Below are positions 1-5,558 of a stretch of DNA of 5,558 nucleotides, one piece after another; position 1 is the stretch's first letter; every line of letters begins with the position of its first letter. The notes beneath the pieces were generated by a model, which saw nothing but the letters and a program-made list of their open reading frames with translations, made no database searches and was not told the DNA's origin. A program made the position numbers and the translations under genes. The stretch comes from a virus (Duplodnaviria > Heunggongvirae > Uroviricota > Caudoviricetes), in IMG/VR virus record IMGVR_UViG_2671180921_000028, positions 1 to 5,558 of that record. The stretch is one strand, 5' to 3'.

Positions 1-489
1 ATGAAACAAATGTCACTAATTGAGATGGATGGTTTTCTGAAAGGTAAATGCATCCCACGAGATTTAAAGGTTAACGAAACAAACGCTGAATATCTGGTGC
101 GTAAATTTGCTGAAGCGGAGGCCAAGATTTCGGCTCTGTCCGAAGACCACCAGAAAGCGATTGAGTCAATTAAGCAGGCTGATTCGGCTGTTAAGTTGGC
201 ACACGAGAAGTTTTCAGCGCTGGCGGCGGAGAATGCTGGGCTGAAACACGCAATGGCTGTAACCCTTGAGCATGTGTCGGTCACGGATGCAGGGCAGGCA
301 GGAGTTGCTGCAATGATTATCAATGATGCCCTGTACCACAGCGAAACCCCAGCCACCGACGCTTTCCTGGCTGAAGTGCGTGCGCAGGGGGTGGAGATGA
401 TGCGCGAACATCCATCAATCAAACTTTGCTCTTTGACGCACATATGTGACGAGTTCGCCGCCCAGCTTCGCAAAGGAGGCAACCAGTGA
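1..489 (+). CDS. Hypothetical prophage early-region protein, coiled-coil rich; may be 5'-truncated by the window edge
   Basis: 162-aa ORF from the track. Its stop TGA (487-489) overlaps the GTG start of the next ORF (GTGA), and the downstream RBS GGAGG lies inside its 3' end. No family recognised. Confidence 0.5.
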   Translation: MKQMSLIEMDGFLKGKCIPRDLKVNETNAEYLVRKFAEAEAKISALSEDHQKAIESIKQADSAVKLAHEKFSALAAENAGLKHAMAVTLEHVSVTDAGQAGVAAMIINDALYHSETPATDAFLAEVRAQGVEMMREHPSIKLCSLTHICDEFAAQLRKGGNQ

Positions 490-761
490 GTGAGTCAAAA
501 TGCCAAATTAATGGCAATAAGATAGAACCGTGCGCGGCGTTGACGCAATCCTTGGAGCATGACGCTGAATACACGACGCGAAAAGGTCTGCTGAAATACA
601 AAATCTATAACCATGCATTAATTCATTCACAAGACCTGATCATGCTGCGATCTGGTGAATTTTCTAAATCGCCGATTCGAGTTTCATTTTGCCCGTTCTG
701 TGGTGAAAGTCTGAAAACGTGGGAAGCGGAGGCAACCAGTGAGTGGAAAAAGAATGACTAA
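486..761 (+). CDS. Small Cys4 (zinc-ribbon-like) hypothetical protein
   Basis: 91-aa ORF with GTG start at 486 preceded by GGAGG (475-479, spacing 6). Four Cys arranged C-x9-C ... C-x2-C (CPFCGE). No earlier in-frame ATG. Confidence 0.5.
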   Translation: MSESKCQINGNKIEPCAALTQSLEHDAEYTTRKGLLKYKIYNHALIHSQDLIMLRSGEFSKSPIRVSFCPFCGESLKTWEAEATSEWKKND

Positions 762-963
762 CAGGGAGCTTGTCGATGCCGCGATTAAGCTTGCTGGTGA
801 TTTTTATTCAATGATGGGGTACGCGCATCGCCCTGGATTCAAATATTGGGAATCACCGCATCCGCAAGAGCAACTGGTATTTCAAATGGCCTGCCGTGCT
901 TTTGAGGTTATTCGCGGTTCTGATGTGATGGACGCCGTTGCCGACTTGGAGGATGAAGAGTGA
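739..963 (+). CDS. Small acidic hypothetical phage protein
   Basis: 74-aa ORF with GTG start at 739 preceded by GGAGG (728-732) within the same 18-bp junction sequence as at 475-492. Alternative ATG at 754 has a weaker RBS. Stop TGA 961-963 overlaps the next GTG start. Confidence 0.45.
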   Translation: MSGKRMTNRELVDAAIKLAGDFYSMMGYAHRPGFKYWESPHPQEQLVFQMACRAFEVIRGSDVMDAVADLEDEE

Positions 964-1391
964 ACAAGATTGACTATCAGGCACTGCGTGAGGCGGCAGT
1001 AGCAATTGAAACAGTAGCAATTGAAACAGTAGCAACACCTCAAAAATTGCTGGCATTTCGTATGAAAGTCACACCTCAGGTTGTGCTGGCTCTACTGGAT
1101 GAACGGGAAAGAAACCAGCAATACATCAAACGACGCGACCAGGAGAACGAGGAGATTGCGCTTACGGTTGGGAAGCTGCGTGTTGAGCTTGAGGCAGAAA
1201 AACAGCGGGCAAAGGATCTATTTATGGAAAATGCTCGGCTTAAGTCAGGTGTAGCCGGTCTGATACACCTCGGTATTCGATATGCAGATGTTGAGGTCAT
1301 GAGAATTGCTGGAGATGCCCAGCTTTCTACCCCATTCACTGACAGCATCATAAACAGCATTGCAACAGGCATTCGCATCAAAGGAGAGTGA
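960..1391 (+). CDS. Ead/Ea22-like coiled-coil protein (putative)
   Basis: 143-aa ORF with GTG start overlapping the upstream stop. N-terminal DYQALREAA motif and a central charged coiled-coil (LRVELEAEKQRAKDL) resemble the lambdoid Ea22-like family as recalled from memory. Contains the in-frame tandem repeat. Confidence 0.45.
   Translation: MNKIDYQALREAAVAIETVAIETVATPQKLLAFRMKVTPQVVLALLDERERNQQYIKRRDQENEEIALTVGKLRVELEAEKQRAKDLFMENARLKSGVAGLIHLGIRYADVEVMRIAGDAQLSTPFTDSIINSIATGIRIKGE
998..1038 (+). repeat. In-frame 15-bp tandem repeat (cagtagcaattgaaa x2 plus an 11-nt partial copy) encoding VAIET-VAIET-VAT
   Basis: Two exact 15-nt units at 998-1012 and 1013-1027, then a partial unit at 1028-1038, all inside the 960-1391 CDS. 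Confidence 0.85.
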
Positions 1392-1392
1392 G

Positions 1393-2148
1393 ATGATTCA
1401 CTATCACGGTGGGCCTATTACTCCTGATACGTGCGCAATGAGAGCATGGAAAGGGCGACATGCGTTTATCAGTTTTGCGCATTCAGGCCAGATCAATCTC
1501 GCGGCTGAATACTGTCAGTCGTTCGCGCTGGACAACGGTGCATTCACCGCCTGGAAAGCAACTGGCAAAAACAAAATCGACTGGAGCGATTACTACGAGT
1601 TTGTTGCTCGCTGGAAGAATCACCCAGGATTCGATTTTGCCATTATCCCGGATGTTATTGATGGCGGAGAGGAGGAAAATGATGCGCTTCTGAATGAGTG
1701 GCCTCACGGAAAACTAGTTGGCGTTCCAGTGTGGCACATGAATGAAAGTGACGAGCGATTTATTCATTTGTGCAATGAGTTTCCGCGAGTGGCTATCGGT
1801 AGTTGTGGCGACTATGACGTAAAGCGCCCAACTCTTGCGGTAGCCAGAATGAAAGACCTGATTCGTCACATTGTTGATGAGCATGGTCAGCCGGTTACGA
1901 AACTACATGGATTGCGCATGTTAAATCCGCTGATATTCACAAAATTACCCTTAGCCAGCGCAGATAGTACGAACGTCGCTCGAAACATCGGTATTGATAA
2001 AGCCTGGTCTGGGGCTTGTGCACCTGCAAGTAAAGAGACACGCGCAGCATTAATGGTAGAACGGATTGAGGCACACAATAGCCCTGGTTCTCTTGCGTAT
2101 TGTGAACAACGCGACCGCTTTGAAATGCAATTGCAACTGGCAGTTTAA
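1393..2148 (+). CDS. tRNA-guanine transglycosylase (TGT)-fold protein, DpdA-like putative DNA 7-deazaguanine transglycosylase
   Basis: ATG at 1393 with AAGGAG (1381-1386, spacing 6), immediately after the upstream stop (1389-1391); preferred over the TTG at 1360. Four motifs match bacterial TGT in the same order: LDNGAF (D47) vs TDSGGFQ, FAIIPD (D87) vs IVMIFDE, AIGSCGD vs YAVGGLA, and ADSTNVARNIG (D191) vs FDCVMPTRNARNG. The C-terminal CxCxxC...H zinc subdomain is absent. Alignment done by eye from memory. Confidence 0.5.
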   Translation: MIHYHGGPITPDTCAMRAWKGRHAFISFAHSGQINLAAEYCQSFALDNGAFTAWKATGKNKIDWSDYYEFVARWKNHPGFDFAIIPDVIDGGEEENDALLNEWPHGKLVGVPVWHMNESDERFIHLCNEFPRVAIGSCGDYDVKRPTLAVARMKDLIRHIVDEHGQPVTKLHGLRMLNPLIFTKLPLASADSTNVARNIGIDKAWSGACAPASKETRAALMVERIEAHNSPGSLAYCEQRDRFEMQLQLAV

Positions 2149-2158
2149 GGACTAACAA

Positions 2159-2722
2159 ATGACCACTATAACCAAAGAGCGACTACTGACAATCAAGCAG
2201 TGGCGCGAAACATACGGACCTGGTAGCAACGTTGTACTGCCAGCAGAAGAAGCGGAAGAACTGGCACGGATTGCGTTAGCCTCACTGGAAGTCGAGCCTG
2301 TAAGCCAAACTTACAACTTGCCAGAATTAATCGAAGGCATGGAAGTTTCCATTGATGTAAGTACTTGTGATGCTGATTTAGGTAATCGCTATTTCGGCAC
2401 CGTCACCGAGGCGTTAGAACTTGATACTGCCAAGAATGGTTACATCCTCCTGGTTCAGGACGCAGAGCCAAACTTCGATATAAATGGCAACTCTCCGGTA
2501 ACTCCGGATGGTTGGATAAGCTGTAGTGAGCGAATGCCAAACGATAAACAGTATGTTTGGTGTTGGGGGAAGTCTTACGGCTGGACTGAGTGCGATACCT
2601 TCGAAGGGTATTACGATTGGTCGAGAAACAAATGGTGGGCAATTACTGACGATGGGGAAGAACCGGCATCGAAAGTAACCCACTGGATGACGCTACCGGA
2701 GCCACCGCAGGAGGTGAAGTGA
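2159..2722 (+). CDS. DUF551-domain phage protein
   Basis: 187-aa ORF with ATG 2159 and AAGGA 7 nt upstream. The Trp-rich C-terminus (WISCSERMP ... KVTHWMTLPEPP) is typical of DUF551 proteins in lambdoid early regions. Confidence 0.65.
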   Translation: MTTITKERLLTIKQWRETYGPGSNVVLPAEEAEELARIALASLEVEPVSQTYNLPELIEGMEVSIDVSTCDADLGNRYFGTVTEALELDTAKNGYILLVQDAEPNFDINGNSPVTPDGWISCSERMPNDKQYVWCWGKSYGWTECDTFEGYYDWSRNKWWAITDDGEEPASKVTHWMTLPEPPQEVK

Positions 2723-3006
2723 TGGACTCCTTCGCGAAATATACGATTATTGACTGGGTAGCCTTCCTTCAGTTTTTGCTCATCTGGTTTTATATGGCTT
2801 ACAGGAGTGGACAGTGGATTGTCAGTGTAGCCTGTAGCAAGGGATGGCGTTGGTGGAACCGAAAGAATAAAAAAGCGCTGGCCTTGGATTCGTTTTACGA
2901 AGCATTCAATCTTAACAGCCTTCAGCCTGGTTCTGTCGTTGTAGTCACCACTCAAAGCGGCATGACGATACAAATTCACAAGCCAAAGGAGGAAGGTCGT
3001 GGCTAA
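2722..3006 (+). CDS. Small putative single-pass membrane protein
   Basis: ATG 2722 (or GTG 2719) with GGAGG at 2710-2714, overlapping the upstream stop (2720-2722). Hydrophobic N-terminal segment YTIIDWVAFLQFLLIWFYMAY followed by a basic stretch. Confidence 0.5.
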   Translation: MDSFAKYTIIDWVAFLQFLLIWFYMAYRSGQWIVSVACSKGWRWWNRKNKKALALDSFYEAFNLNSLQPGSVVVVTTQSGMTIQIHKPKEEGRG

Positions 3007-3283
3007 CCTGCAACTTGCCGTTAAAGGTGAATACTTCGATGCCATGATTCGAGGAGAGAAAACGGAAGAGTATCGCCTGTGTAATGACTACTGGAATAAG
3101 CGAATTATGTTCCGGGAGTATGACCGCCTGATTATCACAAAGGGATATCCTAAGCGTGACGATTCCAGCCGCAGAATTGACGTTCCGTATGGCGGATATG
3201 AAATCAAGACAATCACACACCCGCACTTCGGCGATAAACCGGTAAAGGTTTACGCGATAAAGGTAAATATCGGCAATGAATAA
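2999..3283 (+). CDS. ASCH-like (PUA-fold, DUF3850/YqfB-like) protein
   Basis: GTG start 2999 with AAGGAGG (2986-2992), overlapping the upstream stop. N-terminal KGEYFDAMIRGEKTEEYR matches the ASCH signature pattern (F..a..G.KT.e.R) recalled from YqfB and DUF3850 proteins. Confidence 0.5.
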   Translation: MANLQLAVKGEYFDAMIRGEKTEEYRLCNDYWNKRIMFREYDRLIITKGYPKRDDSSRRIDVPYGGYEIKTITHPHFGDKPVKVYAIKVNIGNE

Positions 3284-3287
3284 CAAT

Positions 3288-3342
3288 CCTCGCACTCGCG
3301 GGGATTTCTTTTATCTGAACTCGCTACGGCGAGTTTTGTTTT
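3288..3342 (+). terminator. Tandem rho-independent terminator hairpins closing the accessory operon
   Basis: Hairpin 1: CCTCGC-actc-GCGGGG (3288-3303, one G-U pair) followed by ATTTCTTTT. Hairpin 2: AACTCGC-tacg-GCGAGTT (3318-3335) followed by TTTGTTTT. Confidence 0.6.
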
Positions 3343-3355
3343 ATGGAGATGATAA

Positions 3356-3523
3356 ATGCACTTCCGAGTCACAGGTGAATGGAATGGAGAACCATTCAAC
3401 AGAGTTATCGAAGCAGAGGACATCAACGACTGCTATGACCACTGGATGCTATGGGCGCAGATAGCACATGCAGACATAACCAATATTCGAATTGAAGAAC
3501 TGAAAGAACACCAAGCCGCCTGA
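3356..3523 (+). CDS. Unlisted small ORF (55 aa, MHFRVTGEWNGEPFNRVIEAEDINDCYDHWMLWAQIAHADITNIRIEELKEHQAA)
   Basis: ATG 3356 with GGAG (3345-3348, spacing 7), stop TGA 3521-3523. Below the track length cut-off. Sits between the terminators and torI. No family recognised. Confidence 0.4.
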   Translation: MHFRVTGEWNGEPFNRVIEAEDINDCYDHWMLWAQIAHADITNIRIEELKEHQAA

Positions 3524-3535
3524 TGGTGGTTTTTT
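3516..3535 (+). terminator. Weak putative intrinsic terminator
   Basis: CCGCC-tgat-GGTGG (5 bp stem with one G-U pair) followed by TTTTTTATT. Overlaps the stop codon of the 55-aa ORF. Confidence 0.3.
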
Positions 3536-3545
3536 ATTGCCTGAT

Positions 3546-3561
3546 TTGCAGGTTCGATTCC
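3546..3561 (+). other. tRNA-like fragment (T-stem/T-loop, TTGCAGGTTCGATTCC) just upstream of torI
   Basis: Contains the canonical T-arm motif GGTTCGATTCC. From memory it is identical to the argW segment immediately 5' of the att core. No acceptor or anticodon arms are present, so it is not a tRNA gene. Confidence 0.5.
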
Positions 3562-3580
3562 CTATTCGGAGATAGCACTC

Positions 3581-3781
3581 ATGCAACACGAACTACAGCC
3601 TGATTCACTGGTTGATTTGAAATTCATCATGGCCGATACTGGCTTCGGTAAAACCTTCATCTATGACCGGATTAAGTCCGGGGACCTGCCTAAAGCCAAA
3701 GTTATCCACGGGCGAGCAAGATGGTTATATCGTGACCATTGTGAATTCAAAAATAAGCTCTTAAGCCGCGCCAATGGGTAA
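3581..3781 (+). CDS. torI: TorI, excisionase-like recombination directionality factor and Tor response-regulator inhibitor
   Basis: 66-aa ORF recognised as E. coli TorI/AlpA-Xis-type winged-helix protein, with GGAG RBS at 3568-3571. Lies at the att-proximal end of the prophage, as in KplE1. Confidence 0.85.
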   Translation: MQHELQPDSLVDLKFIMADTGFGKTFIYDRIKSGDLPKAKVIHGRARWLYRDHCEFKNKLLSRANG

Positions 3782-3797
3782 AATAGCGGGTAAAATA
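3776..3797 (+). repeat. Direct repeat GGGTAAAATA-gc-GGGTAAAATA overlapping the torI stop codon
   Basis: Two exact 10-nt copies at 3776-3785 and 3788-3797, followed by an A/T-rich tract. Candidate protein-binding sites in the attR arm. Confidence 0.6.
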
Positions 3798-3853
3798 TTT
3801 TTCACATCTAAAAAACACCATTCCAATCAATCCCCTGCCGCTTCAAGTAGATG

Positions 3854-3869
3854 CCTGCAGGGGACACCA
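3854..3869 (+). other. attR core: 16-nt copy of the 3' end of tRNA-Arg(CCU) argW (CCTGCAGGGGACACCA)
   Basis: Matches the 3' T-stem, acceptor 3' strand, discriminator and CCA of argW as recalled. Upstream sequence diverges from the tRNA. Flanked by the inverted repeat CCCCTGC (3832-3838) / GCAGGGG (3857-3863). Confidence 0.7.
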
Positions 3870-4257
3870 GATACCCTTCAAACGAAATCTACCTTCACCC
3901 CGTAAAAGATGGGTTTGGCAGCACACTTGCCTTATATCTACTCATTTTTACTGCAACAGGTTGAAATCTCAGCACTGTCAGAAAGCGCTGATGACTAAAC
4001 AGCCCTGGGCCGGGCGATGTAACCATCACACAGAATCCTGATAGCGAAATATGGCGTGACTCGATACTTCACTCCGCAATGCATTCCTTGATGAATTCGC
4101 AGGACCGTGATACACGGGACAGGTCACTGAATGACGACAATGTCCTGGAAATCAGCGAACCGCGCATCTGAAGTACATTTGAGCGACTGTACCAGAACAT
4201 GAATGAGGCGTTTGGATTAGGCGATTATTAGCAGGGCTAAGCATTTTACTATTATTA

Positions 4258-4301
4258 TTTTCCGGTTGAGGGATATAGAGCTATCGACAACAACCGGAAA
4301 A
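4258..4301. repeat. Perfect 11-bp inverted repeat (TTTTCCGGTTG ... CAACCGGAAAA) with a 22-nt loop, just 3' of cscB
   Basis: Arms at 4258-4268 and 4291-4301. Lies 10-50 nt beyond the cscB stop on the minus strand. No clean U-run on either strand, so it is not a canonical intrinsic terminator. Confidence 0.5.
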
Positions 4302-4310
4302 AGTTTACGT

Positions 4311-5558
4311 CTATATTGCTGAAGGTACAGGCGTTTCCATAACTATTTGCTCGCGTTTTTTACTCAAGAAGAAAATGCCAAATAGCAACATCAGGCAGAC
4401 AATACCCGAAATTGCGAAGAAAACTGTCTGGTAGCCTGCGTGGTCAAAGAGTATCCCAGTCGGCGTTGAAAGCAGCACAATCCCAAGCGAACTGGCAATT
4501 TGAAAACCAATCAGAAAGATCGTCGACGACAGGCGCTTATCAAAGTTTGCCACGCTGTATTTGAAGACGGATATGACACAAAGTGGAACCTCAATGGCAT
4601 GTAACAACTTCACTAATGAAATAATCCAGGGGTTAACGAACAGCGCGCAGGAAAGGATACGCAACGCCATAATCACAACTCCGATAAGTAATGCATTTTT
4701 TGGCCCTACCCGATTCACAAAGAAAGGAATAATCGCCATGCACAGCGCTTCGAGTACCACCTGGAATGAGTTGAGATAACCATACAGGCGCGTTCCTACA
4801 TCGTGTGATTCGAATAAACCTGCATAAAAGACAGGAAAAAGTTGTTGATCAAAAATGTTATAGAAAGACCACGTCCCCACAATAAATATGACGAAAACCC
4901 AGAAGTTTCGATCCTTGAAAACTGCGATAAAATCCTCTTTTTTTACCCCTCCCGCATCTGCCGCTACGCACTGGTGATCCTTATCTTTAAAACGCATGTT
5001 GATCATCATAAATACAGCGCCAAATAGCGAGACCAACCAGAAGTTGATATGGGGACTGATACTAAAAAATATGCCGGCAAAGAACGCGCCAATAGCATAG
5101 CCAAAAGATCCCCAGGCGCGCGCTGTTCCATATTCGAAATGAAAATTTCGCGCCATTTTTTCGGTGAAGCTATCAAGCAAACCGCATCCCGCCAGATACC
5201 CCAAGCCAAAAAATAGCGCCCCCAGAATTAGACCTACAGAAAAATTGCTTTGCAGTAACGGTTCATAAACGTAAATCATAAACGGTCCGGTCAAGACCAG
5301 GATGAAACTCATACACCAGATGAGCGGTTTCTTCAGACCGAGTTTATCCTGAACGATGCCGTAGAACATCATAAATAGAATGCTGGTAAACTGGTTGACC
5401 GAATAAAGTGTACCTAATTCCGTCCCTGTCAACCCTAGATGTCCTTTCAGCCAAATAGCGTATAACGACCACCACAGCGACCAGGAAATAAAAAAGAGAA
5501 ATGAGTAACTGGATGCAAAACGATAGTACGCATTTCTGAATGGAATATTCAGTGCCAT
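4311..5558 (-). CDS. cscB: Sucrose:H+ symporter CscB (oligosaccharide:H+ symporter family of MFS)
   Basis: 415-aa ORF with N-terminus MALNIPFRNAYYRFASSYSFLFF, recognised as CscB. Clear LacY-family motifs (DKLGLKK, FEYGTARAWG, YNIFDQQ, NRVGPKNALL, FKYSVANFDKR). Start codon is the last 3 nt of the window; stop TAG at 4311-4313. Confidence 0.9.
   Translation of the reverse strand: MALNIPFRNAYYRFASSYSFLFFISWSLWWSLYAIWLKGHLGLTGTELGTLYSVNQFTSILFMMFYGIVQDKLGLKKPLIWCMSFILVLTGPFMIYVYEPLLQSNFSVGLILGALFFGLGYLAGCGLLDSFTEKMARNFHFEYGTARAWGSFGYAIGAFFAGIFFSISPHINFWLVSLFGAVFMMINMRFKDKDHQCVAADAGGVKKEDFIAVFKDRNFWVFVIFIVGTWSFYNIFDQQLFPVFYAGLFESHDVGTRLYGYLNSFQVVLEALCMAIIPFFVNRVGPKNALLIGVVIMALRILSCALFVNPWIISLVKLLHAIEVPLCVISVFKYSVANFDKRLSSTIFLIGFQIASSLGIVLLSTPTGILFDHAGYQTVFFAISGIVCLMLLFGIFFLSKKREQIVMETPVPSAI

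Larger units (their letters stand above)
1..3869 (+). mobile_element. Right arm of an argW-integrating (KplE1/CPS-53-like, HK620/Sf6-type recombination module) prophage, ending at the attR core
   Basis: Unidirectional operon of small phage-type genes with overlapping stop/start codons, ending in an excisionase-like gene (torI) and a 16-nt tRNA-Arg 3'-end match downstream. The left boundary lies outside the window. Confidence 0.75.

Noticed and set aside
1360-1392. TTG start at 1360 for the DpdA-like ORF, as listed in the track
   Set aside because: It would overlap the upstream gene by 32 nt and has no RBS. ATG 1393 follows AAGGAG with ideal spacing and sits just after the upstream stop.
1460-1693. 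Plus-strand 77-aa ORF in an alternative frame inside the DpdA-like gene
   Set aside because: Fully embedded out of frame in a longer ORF that has a good RBS and recognisable motifs, and its translation is low-complexity.
214-3295. Minus-strand ORFs from the track (214-411, 419-601, 853-1056, 1076-1381, 1483-1707, 1887-2078, 1937-2158, 2403-2642, 2414-2683, 2611-3045, 2945-3295)
   Set aside because: All lie antisense to the tightly packed plus-strand operon. They lack RBSs, have Ser/Arg-rich low-complexity translations typical of antisense frames, and are incompatible with the coupled plus-strand gene arrangement.
3276-3464. Plus-strand 62-aa ORF (MNNNPRTRGDFF...)
   Set aside because: It reads through the tandem terminator hairpins, has no RBS, and overlaps the better-supported 55-aa ORF in a different frame.
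3546-3562. Possible tRNA gene suggested by the GGTTCGATTCC T-arm motif
   Set aside because: Only a T-stem/loop fragment is present. The flanks cannot form acceptor or anticodon arms, so it is kept as a tRNA fragment, not a gene.
3524-3580. Sigma70 promoter for torI (TTGCCT and TATTCG-like hexamers)
   Set aside because: Spacing between the candidate -35 and -10 elements is about 20 nt or about 11 nt, neither acceptable, so no promoter could be supported by eye.
4079-4171. Small ORF of about 30 aa in the spacer between attR and cscB
   Set aside because: No Shine-Dalgarno sequence and no recognisable features; most likely chance.
4561-5209. ORFs 4561-4779 (+), 4842-5027 (+) and 5006-5209 (-) inside cscB
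   Set aside because: They are embedded in or antisense to the clearly recognisable cscB reading frame.
1-5558. CRISPR arrays, rRNA or complete tRNA genes
   Set aside because: No regularly spaced repeat-spacer structure and no full tRNA cloverleaf or rRNA-like sequence was seen.

Overview
This window reads as the right-hand end of a prophage integrated at a tRNA-Arg (argW-type) site in an E. coli-like chromosome, followed by the host sucrose permease gene cscB. Positions 1-3523 carry a tightly packed plus-strand operon of small accessory genes with overlapping stop/start codons and strong RBSs, closed by tandem terminator hairpins. Its products include two coiled-coil Ea22-like proteins, a Cys4 mini-protein, a tRNA-guanine-transglycosylase-fold (DpdA-like) protein, a DUF551 protein, a small membrane protein, an ASCH-like protein and an unlisted 55-aa ORF. 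The excisionase-like gene torI (3581-3781) follows, then a 16-nt att core (3854-3869) that matches the 3' end of tRNA-Arg from memory. cscB occupies 4311-5558 on the minus strand. The most interesting candidate is the solo DpdA-like gene and its neighbouring ASCH-like gene, which may form a DNA-modification or anti-restriction module. All family assignments come from reading motifs by eye and from memory; no searches were run.
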